Assembly: GCA_016926295.1 (NCBI GenBank)
Contig: JAFGOX010000009.1
Span: 1-39,065, forward strand
Length of the DNA: 39,065 bases
Source of the DNA: Candidatus Iainarchaeum sp.
Lineage (GTDB): Archaea; Iainarchaeota; Iainarchaeia; JAFGOX01
Reading direction: 5' to 3'
In this document: piece after piece, positions 8,915 to 18,226 of the stretch
Position numbering within the stretch: the first letter of the stretch is position 1
Layout of the letters: every line of letters starts with the position of its first letter
Position numbers and translations under genes: made by a program
The notes under the pieces: generated by a model
Database searches by the model: none
What the model was told of the DNA's origin: nothing
Seen by the model: the letters and a program-made list of their open reading frames with translations, nothing else

Positions 8915-10177
8915 ATGGCAGAGAAACAACACATTAACCTTGTGTTCATAGGTCACGTTGATCATGGTAAATCAACTTTGGTCGGTAGAACATTCTATGA
9001 CACAGGAAACTTAAGTGAGCAAGACAAAGTAAAATACGACAAACTTGCAGAAGAGTACGGTAAGCCAGGTTTTGGGTTTGCATACATGATGGACACAGTA
9101 GAAGAAGAAAGAAAACGTGGTGTAACCATTGACTTGTCTTACAAAAAATTTGACACACAAAAAAATTCATTTACAATTATCGACGCACCCGGTCACCAGG
9201 ACTTTGTTAAGAACATGATTACCGGTACAAGCCAAGCAGACGCAGCAGTACTTGTTGTGGCAGCTGGTGAAGGTATGAAAGCACAGACAAAAGAACACGC
9301 ACAACTTTCAAAAGTACTTGGTGTCGGACAGCTTGTTGTAGCATTGAACAAAATGGACACAATTAACTATGACGAAGCAAAATACAAAGAAAGAGTCGAA
9401 GAATTGTCAAAAGCATTGCCAGGATATGGTTGGAAAGACTACAAAGTCGTTCCAGTTTCTGCTCTTAAGGGCGATAACGTTGCCAAGAAGAGTGAAAGCA
9501 TGCCTTGGTACAATGGACCAACCCTTGTTGAAGCATTGGACGAATTGAAAGCAAAGCCACCAGCAACAGACAAACCACTTAGACTTCCAATCCAAGATGT
9601 ATACAACATCAAAGGTGTAGGTACAGTACCAGTCGGAAGAGTTGAATCCGGCGTCCTTAAGCCAAATGACAAAATAATTGTAATGCCTTCAGGCAAAACC
9701 GGCGAAGTAAAATCCGTTGAAGCTCACCATGAGCAATTGCCTCAAGCAAATCCGGGTGACAACGTTGGTTTCAACGTACGTGGATGGAGCAGAGATGACA
9801 TAAAACGTGGTGACGTAGTTGGTCACGAAAACAACCCTCCAACAGTAGCAGAAGAATTCACAGCACAAATTGTTGTGTTGAACCACCCAAAAGGTGTAGC
9901 TGTTGGATATACACCGGTGTTCCACCTTCACACACTGCAAGTCGCCTGCACAATTACCCAAATGTTGGAGAAAATTGATCCGAAAACCGGAACAGTTGTC
10001 GAGCAAAACCCAACATTCCTTAAGAACGGTGACTCAGCCAAGGTTATTATCAAACCAACCGTACCTATCGTAGTAGAAAAGGTACAGGACTTCCCAAGCC
10101 TTGGAAGATTTGCTATTAGGGACATGGGACAAACAGTAGCAGCTGGCGTCGTCTTAGACGTCAAAAAGAAGGCATGA
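8915..10177 (+). CDS. tuf: Elongation factor 1-alpha (aEF-1A)
   Basis: [51 protein letters not shown] supports ATG 8915. Confidence 0.98.
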   Translation: MAEKQHINLVFIGHVDHGKSTLVGRTFYDTGNLSEQDKVKYDKLAEEYGKPGFGFAYMMDTVEEERKRGVTIDLSYKKFDTQKNSFTIIDAPGHQDFVKNMITGTSQADAAVLVVAAGEGMKAQTKEHAQLSKVLGVGQLVVALNKMDTINYDEAKYKERVEELSKALPGYGWKDYKVVPVSALKGDNVAKKSESMPWYNGPTLVEALDELKAKPPATDKPLRLPIQDVYNIKGVGTVPVGRVESGVLKPNDKIIVMPSGKTGEVKSVEAHHEQLPQANPGDNVGFNVRGWSRDDIKRGDVVGHENNPPTVAEEFTAQIVVLNHPKGVAVGYTPVFHLHTLQVACTITQMLEKIDPKTGTVVEQNPTFLKNGDSAKVIIKPTVPIVVEKVQDFPSLGRFAIRDMGQTVAAGVVLDVKKKA

Positions 10178-10202
10178 AAGGGTTGTTATTAACCCTTTTT
10201 TT
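10177..10202 (+). terminator. Hairpin plus U-tract after tuf, putative terminator
   Basis: AAAGGGTT-GTTATT-AACCCTTT inverted repeat running into T7 directly after the TGA stop. Confidence 0.55.
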
Positions 10203-10224
10203 ATAAATATAAAAACGTGAATTT

Positions 10225-10533
10225 ATGAGTAAAGCAAGGATAAAAATAGCGGGTCCAGAATACGCGGTACTGGATAAGATTGCGAATCAGATAGTGATGA
10301 TTGCAAAGAATTCCGGTGTCAAATACACAGGACCCGTGCCTCTGCCTACACGACATCTTCGTGTTGAACTAAGAAGGTCACAATGCGGTGGGGGAACAGA
10401 AACCTACGAACACAGAGAAATGAGAATTCACAAAAGACTAATTGATGTGGACGCAGAAGAATCAACAATTAGACAGATTATCAGGATACCAAAACCAAGA
10501 AACGTAGAGGTAATCCTTGAGTTAAAAGCATAA
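10225..10533 (+). CDS. rps10: 30S ribosomal protein uS10
   Basis: GPVPLPT and EMRIHKRLID motifs; follows tuf. Confidence 0.96.
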   Translation: MSKARIKIAGPEYAVLDKIANQIVMIAKNSGVKYTGPVPLPTRHLRVELRRSQCGGGTETYEHREMRIHKRLIDVDAEESTIRQIIRIPKPRNVEVILELKA

Positions 10534-10563
10534 TTTTAACAACTTATACTTGTTCTTTTTCTT

Positions 10564-10986
10564 ATGGATTTTGAATACCTGGAGCACACTGCAGATGTAA
10601 AATTCCGTGCGTATGGCTCTACTTGGGAAAACGTTTTCAGAAATGCTGCTAAGGCAATGTTAGAAGTAATGACTGACACGTCAATCCTGAAAGAAGAAAA
10701 AGAAATTAGACTAAAGGCAAACGCCAGCACATTGGATGAATTAGTTGTTGCTTGGCTGAGCGAAATCCTTTTTCAGTCAGAAACAAAAGAAATTATTTTC
10801 AAAGAGGCAAAACCTGAAAAAATATGGGAAGAAAACAGAAAATGGTACGTGAAAGGCACAGCAATTGGACAAAAGATGAATAAAAATATGAAGTTCAAAA
10901 CAGAGATAAAGGCGGTAACTTATCATGAATTGGAAGCAAAAGAAAAAAATGGAAAGAAATACTGCCAGGTAATAGTTGACATCTAG
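10564..10986 (+). CDS. Archease
   Basis: FEYLEHTADV and EIKAVTYH motifs, C-terminal VDI; adjacent to rtcB. Confidence 0.95.
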   Translation: MDFEYLEHTADVKFRAYGSTWENVFRNAAKAMLEVMTDTSILKEEKEIRLKANASTLDELVVAWLSEILFQSETKEIIFKEAKPEKIWEENRKWYVKGTAIGQKMNKNMKFKTEIKAVTYHELEAKEKNGKKYCQVIVDI

Positions 10987-10993
10987 TGATATT

Positions 10994-12418
10994 ATGAAAA
11001 AAGTAAGGGAAGGAATATGGGAACTGGAAGGCAAAGACTTGCAAGTTCCGGCAAGAGTTGTAGGAACAGAAAAACTAGTTAATTCAATAGAAGAAGGAGC
11101 CCTGCAGCAAATAAAAAATGTAACCACACTCCCCGGAATTGTTAAGCACGCAATTGCAATGCCTGATATTCACTGGGGTTACGGCTTTCCAATCGGCGGA
11201 GTAGCAGCAATGGACGCGAAAACAGGAGTTATATCTCCTGGGGGCATAGGATTTGATATCAACTGCGGAATAAGAATGCTAAGAACTAATCTAACAGAAG
11301 AAGATATCCGGCCAAAGCTAAATGAATTAGTAAGGGAAATCTTCAATAATGTTCCTGCAGGTTTGGGTGGAAAAAGCAAATTAAGATTAACAAAAGAAGA
11401 ACTTGATGAGGCTTGTGTAAGAGGTTCAGAATGGGCAATTGAAAACGGTTACGGATGGAAAGAAGACCTGGAGAGAACCGAAGATTATGGAAGAAGAAAA
11501 GAAGCAGACCCGACAAAAGTGTCTGATAATGCAAAGAAACGGGGAATGCCACAATTCGGAACGCTTGGTTCAGGTAACCACTTCTTAGAAATTCAAAAAG
11601 TGGAAGAAATTTATGAGCCTGAAATTGCAAAAGCATTTGGAATTGACAAAGTCGGGCAGATTACAATAATGATTCACTGCGGCTCAAGGGGTTATGGCCA
11701 CCAGGTAGCTTCAGACTATTTGAAAATATTCGAAGATGCAGTTAGAAAATACAATATTAAAATTCCAGACAAACAATTGGCCTGCGCACCATTAACTTCA
11801 CAAGAGGGCCAGGATTATCTGAAAGCAATGTACTGCGCAGTAAACTATGCATGGAATAATAGACAAGTAATCATGCATTGGACAAGAGAGGCTTTTGAAA
11901 AAATATTTGGAAAAACCGCAAAAGAAATGGAAATGAATTTAATCTATGATGTTGCGCATAATATTGCAAAAATTGAAGAGCACACAATTAATGGGGAAAA
12001 AAGGGAAGTTGTAGTACATAGAAAGGGCGCCACACGGGCGTTTCCCGCTGGCCGACCGGAATTGCCAGAGATTTACAAAAAAACAGGGCAACCTGTAATA
12101 ATCCCTGGGGATATGGGAACTGCATCTTATTTATTAGTCGGAACAGAAGCCGCACTGGAATGGACTTTCGGCTCGACATGTCACGGGTCAGGAAGAGTAA
12201 TGTCGCGAGCCGCAGCAAAGAAAAAATACTCTGCAGAAGAAGTAAAGAATAAATTAGAAGCAAAAGGCGAAGTGATAATGTCTGCAAGCAAGGACGGGCT
12301 TGTAGAAGAAGCGCCAGGAGCTTACAAAAGAATTGATGATGTTATTGAGTCCGTAGAACTGGCCGGCATTTCTAAAAAAGTTGCAAAAGTAGTTCCACTT
12401 GGCGTAATCAAGGGCTGA
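10994..12418 (+). CDS. rtcB: RtcB tRNA-splicing/RNA-repair ligase
   Basis: MPDIHWGYGFPIGG, DINCG, GSGNHF, HCGSRG, HRKGATRA, HGSGR, C-terminal KG. ATG 10994 preferred over TTG 10976. Confidence 0.97.
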   Translation: MKKVREGIWELEGKDLQVPARVVGTEKLVNSIEEGALQQIKNVTTLPGIVKHAIAMPDIHWGYGFPIGGVAAMDAKTGVISPGGIGFDINCGIRMLRTNLTEEDIRPKLNELVREIFNNVPAGLGGKSKLRLTKEELDEACVRGSEWAIENGYGWKEDLERTEDYGRRKEADPTKVSDNAKKRGMPQFGTLGSGNHFLEIQKVEEIYEPEIAKAFGIDKVGQITIMIHCGSRGYGHQVASDYLKIFEDAVRKYNIKIPDKQLACAPLTSQEGQDYLKAMYCAVNYAWNNRQVIMHWTREAFEKIFGKTAKEMEMNLIYDVAHNIAKIEEHTINGEKREVVVHRKGATRAFPAGRPELPEIYKKTGQPVIIPGDMGTASYLLVGTEAALEWTFGSTCHGSGRVMSRAAAKKKYSAEEVKNKLEAKGEVIMSASKDGLVEEAPGAYKRIDDVIESVELAGISKKVAKVVPLGVIKG

Positions 12419-12420
12419 CA

Positions 12421-12434
12421 ACATGTTTAAAAGT
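12421..12434 (+). promoter_or_regulatory. Putative TATA box for a leaderless transcript
   Basis: TTTAAAA at 12426-12432, about 26 nt before ATG 12458, which has no SD. Confidence 0.45.
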
Positions 12435-12457
12435 ACTTTTCTCCCTCTTAATTAAAT

Positions 12458-13246
12458 ATGGGGAGAAGAATCTTGCCTATCTTATTCGTGCTTCTTTTAC
12501 TTCCATTAGTAAGCGGAATTGAAATAGTCTCACATGAGAAAACATACTCATTAACAGTAGATGAATGGAACACGGTCTCCTTTGAAATAAAGAACACAGG
12601 CTCGCAAATAACTCCAGTAACAGTGAACGTAAGGAACATTCCGACAAGCTGGGGGATAAAGACCTATAATTACGCTATTGACAAGGGTGAAACAAAGGCA
12701 GTTGAAGTGGAAATCATGCCTAAAAGCCCGGAATATGCAGAATATCTGGCAGAAATAGTCGTAACTGCAGGAAACAGCGAGGAAATTTACTCTGCCAGGC
12801 TCAAATTTGAGGCTACAGGCGAGGACATACTCACAATTACAGGAAATCTTGAGAAAACCGGGAGCGAATATCTAATTACGGCCAAAATAACAAATAATTC
12901 AAATCTGCCGCTTAAGGTAGAAATAGGCACAGATCTGCCTAATGACTGGCTAACTACATACAGCAAAAAGACCTTTACTTTAGGCCCAGAAGCCTCAGAA
13001 GATATAGAAATTACCTCTTTTTCTGACGGTACAACAATAGAAAAGGTAAATTTAACCGCAAAATCAGGAAATATAACTTCAAAGGTGGAAATAGGCTATT
13101 CTGGGGCTCAAAACGGCTCAGATGGACAAACGGGGCTCTTTACGCTTGGAATGAACGGCGTATGGTTGGGTCTAATATTCATACTTGTAATTGTGGGAAT
13201 TTTCCTATATATTTCCAAAAAGGGAGCCACAGGGCAAGGCTTTTAA
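12458..13246 (+). CDS. Hypothetical secreted, C-terminally membrane-anchored protein with two predicted Ig-like beta domains
   Basis: Signal peptide (MGRRILPILFVLLLLPLVSG), two repeats of the IxNxS/G...P..W...L..G/E pattern, C-terminal TM helix followed by KK. Confidence 0.8.
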   Translation: MGRRILPILFVLLLLPLVSGIEIVSHEKTYSLTVDEWNTVSFEIKNTGSQITPVTVNVRNIPTSWGIKTYNYAIDKGETKAVEVEIMPKSPEYAEYLAEIVVTAGNSEEIYSARLKFEATGEDILTITGNLEKTGSEYLITAKITNNSNLPLKVEIGTDLPNDWLTTYSKKTFTLGPEASEDIEITSFSDGTTIEKVNLTAKSGNITSKVEIGYSGAQNGSDGQTGLFTLGMNGVWLGLIFILVIVGIFLYISKKGATGQGF

Positions 13247-13251
13247 AGCCT
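13235..13251 (+). promoter_or_regulatory. Putative BRE-TATA promoter of the uL3 operon, inside a palindrome
   Basis: CAAGGC-TTTTAAA; AGGCTTT-T-AAAGCCT is an inverted repeat; lies about 27 nt upstream of the first leader helix. Confidence 0.55.
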
Positions 13252-13271
13252 ACTTTGGATATATTATATTA

Positions 13272-13379
13272 GTCCTTTTTTTGAGCGGATAGCTCTCATT
13301 TGTAAAGACATTAAGTTCTTTCAAGGTGGTTGATAAAGGACAAGTAACAGTCAGCCAAACCAGGAGGAAGGTTTAGGCT
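13272..13379 (+). promoter_or_regulatory. Structured 5' leader upstream of uL3 (candidate ribosomal-protein leader RNA)
   Basis: Manual fold: three-way junction closed by GUCCUUU/AAAGGAC plus downstream hairpin AGCC-AAACC/GGUUU-A-GGCU. Confidence 0.55.
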
Positions 13380-13399
13380 AATTTTTGTACGTGAGATGA

Positions 13400-14383
13400 A
13401 TGGTTAGACGAAATTACCCTAGAAGCGGGTCGCTTGGTTACAGACCAAGGAAGAGAGCTAAGAGAGAATTAGCTAGATTCAGAACTTGGCCTAGTGGTGA
13501 GTCAGTAGGTTTGTTGGGATTCGCAGGGTATAAAGTCGGCATGACACATTTTATTGGCGTTGATGGAAGAAAAACTTCACCAACTACAGGAATGGATGTT
13601 TCAATTCCTGTGACTGTACTCGCAGTACCGCCGATGAAAGTTTTTGCGATGAGAACCTACAAACAAGACGACACATGCATTAGAACATTTAAGGATTTTA
13701 TTTCACCAAAAGTTGACAAATTCCTTCGCAGAAAACTTAACAGCCTCAAACAAGGAAAAGAACCTGATTTTAAAGTACTTGAGGGGCAAAATATTTCTGA
13801 TGTAACTCTTCTTCTTCATACTCAACCATTTATGACTTCAACAGGCAGCAAGAAACCACAGATAATTGAGCTTGGAATATCAGGAAGCAATGTTGAGGAA
13901 AAATTAACCTACGCAAAAGAAATGCTAGGAAAAGAAATCAATGCAAGCGATGTATTTGCAGAAAATGATTATATTGATGCTAAAGCAGTGACAACAGGAA
14001 AAGGAATGCAGGGCCCGATGAAAAGATTTGGCGTTGCAAGACAAAGACACAAAGCAAGCAAAATAAGAATTGTCGGTTCAATCGGTCCATGGCACCCTGC
14101 TGCAGTTATGTGGAGCGTTCCAAGACCCGGACAAATGGGTTATCACACAAGAACCGATCTTAACAAGAAAATAATCAAAATGGGAACTGATGGAAAAGAA
14201 ATAACACCGGCAGGAGGGTTCCTGACTTACGGTGTTGCAAACGGGCCGTACATTGCATTGGCTGGTTCTGTTCCAGGACCAGTAAACCGCGTCATCGGAT
14301 TGAGAAAATCAATCAGGCCACCGTTAAAAGAAAATGTCGTACTCAGTGAAATCACATATGTATCAAAAAAATCCCAGCAATAG
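13400..14383 (+). CDS. rpl3: 50S ribosomal protein uL3
   Basis: PRSGSLGYRPRKRA, GYKVGMTH, GKGMQGP.KRFG, GPWHP, GQMGYHTRT. Confidence 0.98.
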   Translation: MVRRNYPRSGSLGYRPRKRAKRELARFRTWPSGESVGLLGFAGYKVGMTHFIGVDGRKTSPTTGMDVSIPVTVLAVPPMKVFAMRTYKQDDTCIRTFKDFISPKVDKFLRRKLNSLKQGKEPDFKVLEGQNISDVTLLLHTQPFMTSTGSKKPQIIELGISGSNVEEKLTYAKEMLGKEINASDVFAENDYIDAKAVTTGKGMQGPMKRFGVARQRHKASKIRIVGSIGPWHPAAVMWSVPRPGQMGYHTRTDLNKKIIKMGTDGKEITPAGGFLTYGVANGPYIALAGSVPGPVNRVIGLRKSIRPPLKENVVLSEITYVSKKSQQ

Positions 14384-14392
14384 GTGTAGATT

Positions 14393-15217
14393 ATGAAGGT
14401 AAACGTATATGGATTGGATGGCAAAACAACAAAACAAATAGAGCTGCCAGTACACTTCAGTGAAATAGTAAGGCCCGACATAATCAACCGTGCAGTAATT
14501 TCAAGCCAAACCGCAAGATTACAACCAAAAGGAAACTTCAAAAAAGCAGGAAGACAAAATACTGCAGAATTTGTTGGTAGAAGAAGAGGATACAGTAAAA
14601 GTGGTTCTGGAAATGCAAAAGGATTGGCAAGACTTCCAAGAATGAAAAACAGGAAGTTTGGATTCCTTGGAAGCGTGGCTGCGGTTCCATTCGCAGTAGG
14701 CGGTCCAAGAGCACATCCGCCAAAACCAGAAAAAAACTTGCATGAGAGAATTAACAAGAAAGAAAGACTACTTGCAATCAGAAGCGCAATCGCCGCAACA
14801 GCACAAAAAGCGATGGTAATTGCAAGAGGCCACAAATTCAAAGAAGAACTTACCTTACCGATTATAATTGAAAGCAAATTTGAAACATTAAATAAAACAT
14901 CAGAAGTAGAAAAAATATTCTTAGCACTTGGCGTCATTGATGATGTCGTAAGAGCAAAATCAAGAAAAACAATCCGGGCAGGAAAAGGAACAAGAAGAAA
15001 TAGAAAATTCAAACGCGCAAGAGGCCCGTTGGTTATAACATCAGGAATTGCTGGCGTAACAAAGGCTGCAAGAAACATTGAAGGCGTTGAAGTAATCAAT
15101 GTAAACAATCTAAACGCAGAAGTCTTGGCACCTGGAAGAGATGCTGGCAGACTAACAATCTGGACTGAAAGTGCAATTAAGCAACTTGAAGAAAAGAAAT
15201 TATTCGGGGTGCAATAA
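14393..15217 (+). CDS. rpl4: 50S ribosomal protein uL4
   Basis: RPDII.RAV, GG.RAHPP, INKKE, LAPG...GRLTIWT. Confidence 0.97.
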   Translation: MKVNVYGLDGKTTKQIELPVHFSEIVRPDIINRAVISSQTARLQPKGNFKKAGRQNTAEFVGRRRGYSKSGSGNAKGLARLPRMKNRKFGFLGSVAAVPFAVGGPRAHPPKPEKNLHERINKKERLLAIRSAIAATAQKAMVIARGHKFKEELTLPIIIESKFETLNKTSEVEKIFLALGVIDDVVRAKSRKTIRAGKGTRRNRKFKRARGPLVITSGIAGVTKAARNIEGVEVINVNNLNAEVLAPGRDAGRLTIWTESAIKQLEEKKLFGVQ

Positions 15218-15477
15218 TGGAAATAGCAAAAGTAATACTTTATCCATCACTGGCGGAAAAGTCAGTTGCAATGATTGACAAAAACAACAAGATGGTATTT
15301 TTCGTTGACACCCGTGCAACAAGAAAGGATGTAAAAGAGGCAATTGAAGTAATGTTCAAAGTCAAAGTCGACAAAGTAAATATTTTGAAAGACGCAAAAA
15401 ACAGAAAAAAGGCATTTGTAAAGATAAACAAGCAGTTCAAGGCAGAAGACATTGCAACTGCAATGGGTATTGTATAG
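15217..15477 (+). CDS. rpl23: 50S ribosomal protein uL23
   Basis: P...EK, F.V.VDKVN, KKAFVK; synteny. Confidence 0.95.
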   Translation: MEIAKVILYPSLAEKSVAMIDKNNKMVFFVDTRATRKDVKEAIEVMFKVKVDKVNILKDAKNRKKAFVKINKQFKAEDIATAMGIV

Positions 15478-15486
15478 GTGTAACAA

Positions 15487-16212
15487 ATGGGAAAGTTGAT
15501 TATATCACAAAGGCGCGGAAAGGGAAGCCCCGCATACAAATCACCTAGCCATAATTATAAAACAAAGCTTACTTACAGGAGCTACGATGACATTCAAAAA
15601 AGTAGCGTGCTAAAATGCGACGTAATTGACTTTGTGTTGGACCCCGCAAGAACCGCACCATTGGCAATGGTATTATATGAAGATGGAATCTATGATTATA
15701 TCTTACCTGCAGAGGGCGTTGGAACAGGGCAAAGAATTGAGATGGGCGTTGGAGCAGATATAAAAGTAGGGAATGTCCTTCCTTTGGCAAATATCAGGGA
15801 TGGTATGCCAATATTCAATATCGAAAGAAGACCAGGAGACGGTGGGCAATTAGTAAAAGCAGGCGGCTCATGGGCAGTAATCACAGGAAGAGACGCAAAA
15901 GGAATTTACGTTAGATTACCATCAAGAAAGAAGATTATTTTCAATCCGGCTTGCAGGGCAACAATCGGTTGCGCAGCAGGCGGCGGACAAGGTGAAAAAC
16001 CAATAGTAAAAGCAGGAAAAAATTCATACATCACAAGAGCAAACAACAAAAACTGGCCAAAGGTCAGAGGCGTTGCAATGAACCCTGTTAACCACCCGCA
16101 CGGTGGAGGAGAACACCACGTAGGTAAAGCAACAACAAGAAGCAGACATGCAAGACCTGGACAGAAAGTCGGACACATTGCAGCAAGCAGAACAGGTAGA
16201 AGGAAGAAGTAG
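15487..16212 (+). CDS. rpl2: 50S ribosomal protein uL2
   Basis: QRRGKGSP, DPARTAP, PGDGG, VRGVAMNPVNHPHGGG. Confidence 0.98.
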   Translation: MGKLIISQRRGKGSPAYKSPSHNYKTKLTYRSYDDIQKSSVLKCDVIDFVLDPARTAPLAMVLYEDGIYDYILPAEGVGTGQRIEMGVGADIKVGNVLPLANIRDGMPIFNIERRPGDGGQLVKAGGSWAVITGRDAKGIYVRLPSRKKIIFNPACRATIGCAAGGGQGEKPIVKAGKNSYITRANNKNWPKVRGVAMNPVNHPHGGGEHHVGKATTRSRHARPGQKVGHIAASRTGRRKK

Positions 16213-16220
16213 GTGCAATA

Positions 16221-16634
16221 ATGGCAAAAAAAGACTGGGCATATAGAGGCAAAACGCTTGAAGAACTTCAGGCAATACCGAACAATGAAATAATTAAAAT
16301 GATTCCTGCACGTTCAAGAAAAACTTTCTTGAAAATAAGGCCAGACTCAATCCAAGGAAGAACAATGGAAAAAATATTAAAGGCAGCAGAAATAGTCAGG
16401 CAAGGCAAAAAACCAAAAGCAGTCAGAACGCACAGAAGAGATATTATAATACTGCCAAAAATGATTGGGGCAAATGTTGCCGTTTACAACGGAAAGAAAT
16501 TTGACGAGATTACCTTAGACAAAAACATGATTGGACATGTAATTGGAGAATTCATATTCACAAGAAAACCAGTAAAACATGGAAAGATGGGTATTGGTGC
16601 TACTGGTGGTTCAAAGGCAAAATCTGTAAAGTAG
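16221..16634 (+). CDS. rps19: 30S ribosomal protein uS19
   Basis: YRGKTLEEL, RTHRRD, YNGK, MIGH..GEF..TRK.V.HG. Confidence 0.96.
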   Translation: MAKKDWAYRGKTLEELQAIPNNEIIKMIPARSRKTFLKIRPDSIQGRTMEKILKAAEIVRQGKKPKAVRTHRRDIIILPKMIGANVAVYNGKKFDEITLDKNMIGHVIGEFIFTRKPVKHGKMGIGATGGSKAKSVK

Positions 16635-16644
16635 ATGTGATAAT

Positions 16645-17100
16645 ATGGTTAAAAGAAGCTATTCAATGGAAATACCTGGCAAAACTGCCAAAGGAATGGT
16701 AAAGAACGCAAGAATTTCAGCAAAGTATTCCAGGGAAATAGCCACAAAAATAAAAGGAATGACCACAACAAAGGCATTGGCATACCTTGACAGAGTAATA
16801 TTGCTTAAAGAGCCGGTTCCAATGAGAAGATACAAAGAGCACGTATCGCACCAAAAAGGAATCCACGACAAGATAAAGTCAGGAAGATACCCAATCAAAG
16901 CATGTGAAGTATTCAAAAAATTAATTGAAGGTGTAAAAACAAATGCAGACTACAAAGGTTTGGATTCATCAAACATGAAAATAGTCCATGTCGCAGCAAC
17001 AAGAGGCTGGGAATACCCCGCGGTTCACAAGACACACAAAGGGATAAAGGGCATCAGAAGGAAATCTACAAACCTTGAGATCATATTGCAAGAAACATAG
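16645..17100 (+). CDS. rpl22: 50S ribosomal protein uL22
   Basis: IS.K.SREI, VPMRRY, GRYP.KA, NA.YKGLD. Confidence 0.95.
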   Translation: MVKRSYSMEIPGKTAKGMVKNARISAKYSREIATKIKGMTTTKALAYLDRVILLKEPVPMRRYKEHVSHQKGIHDKIKSGRYPIKACEVFKKLIEGVKTNADYKGLDSSNMKIVHVAATRGWEYPAVHKTHKGIKGIRRKSTNLEIILQET

Positions 17101-17108
17101 GTGTATAA

Positions 17109-18002
17109 ATGATAAAACAGAAATTTGTCTCCGAAGGGATATTAAACGCAAAACTTAAGGAATTCGTTAAAACGAAGTATTCCAGAGCAAACGTCATAAA
17201 CGTGTCCCTTGAAGAAACAGGAATTGTTTCACGCGTAATAATCGAAGCAGAAAGGCCCGGACTTGTAATTGGAAAATCTGGCGAATCAATACAGAGATTA
17301 ACAGTCGACCTTAAGGAGCAATTTGGAATCGAATCACCACAAATTGAGGTAAAGCCGTTAGAAAAATCAGCTGAAATGAACGGCGAAATTGTTGCAAAGA
17401 GAATAACCCAGCAAATGGTCAAAAGACCTAAGTGGAGACCAATTGTCATGAGGGCACTTGAAAGAGTTATGGCAAACGGCGCACAGGGTGTTGAGATTAC
17501 AGTCAAAGGAGCACTTATCGGAAAAGGTGCAAAAGCAATGAAAACAATTGAAAAGCGCGGGTACATGAAAAAAAGTGGAAACATGACCAGCATGGTAAGC
17601 ATAGGAAAAAGCACTGCACTCTTAAAAAAAGGCGCAATAGGTGTTACAGTCAGAATTATCCCGCCAGACGCACTTTTCCCTGACAAAGTTCCAATCAAAG
17701 AACTGCTAAAAGACAAAATAGCAGAGTTGCACGGCGTTACAGAAGAAGCACCAGAAGGAAAAACAGAAATTATAAAGGTTGAGGAAGAGAAGAAAGAAGA
17801 AACAAAACCTGCAAAAAAAGAGAAAAAGCCAAAGGCTGAAAAGAAGCCAGCAGCAAAGAAAACCACAAAAAAGAAAGCAGAGAAGAAAGAAGTAAAGGAA
17901 ACTTCAGAGCAAGTCACAGAAGAGAAAAAGCCAAAGAAAGAGGAAGTAAAAGAAGAAAAGAAAGCTGCTGAAGAGAAGAAAGATGATATTAAAACAGAGT
18001 GA
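17109..18002 (+). CDS. rps3: 30S ribosomal protein uS3 with Lys/Glu-rich C-terminal tail
   Basis: RPGLVIGKSG KH loop, GAQGVEI, G.IGV.V.I.PP; low-complexity tail of roughly 80 aa. Confidence 0.96.
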   Translation: MIKQKFVSEGILNAKLKEFVKTKYSRANVINVSLEETGIVSRVIIEAERPGLVIGKSGESIQRLTVDLKEQFGIESPQIEVKPLEKSAEMNGEIVAKRITQQMVKRPKWRPIVMRALERVMANGAQGVEITVKGALIGKGAKAMKTIEKRGYMKKSGNMTSMVSIGKSTALLKKGAIGVTVRIIPPDALFPDKVPIKELLKDKIAELHGVTEEAPEGKTEIIKVEEEKKEETKPAKKEKKPKAEKKPAAKKTTKKKAEKKEVKETSEQVTEEKKPKKEEVKEEKKAAEEKKDDIKTE

Positions 18003-18007
18003 TAATA

Positions 18008-18226
18008 ATGGCAACACTTAAAACAAGAGAAATAAAAGACATGGATTCGGAAAAGCTGAATAAGAAATTGCTTGAGCTTAGAACCGAACTTGCTCGCGAA
18101 AGAGCACAGGCAGCAACAAGAACAAAGGCTGAAAATCCAAAGTCAATCAAAATGAAAAGATTAGCCATTGCAAGAATATTAACTCACATGAATAAAATAC
18201 CAAAAACGGAGGAAAAAGCTGAATGA
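18008..18226 (+). CDS. rpl29: 50S ribosomal protein uL29
   Basis: ELR.EL...R, ENP..I......IARILT; ATG 18008 after GAGTGA. Confidence 0.93.
   Translation: MATLKTREIKDMDSEKLNKKLLELRTELARERAQAATRTKAENPKSIKMKRLAIARILTHMNKIPKTEEKAE

Noticed and set aside
1058..12418. Inteins or introns in RpoA', RpoA'', EF-2 or RtcB (several are known intein hosts)
   Set aside because: Protein lengths are normal and no splice-junction motifs or endonuclease insertions are visible.
13280..13345. tRNA gene (GCGGATAGCTC resembles a tRNA 5' end)
   Set aside because: No T-arm GTTCRA motif or acceptor-stem complement; folds as a three-way junction instead.
14227..17917. Long minus-strand ORFs (14227-15108, 17081-17917) and the many other antisense or alternate-frame ORFs in the track
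   Set aside because: They shadow well-identified + strand genes; their Phe/Ser/Leu-rich content mirrors Lys/Glu codons; no family motifs.
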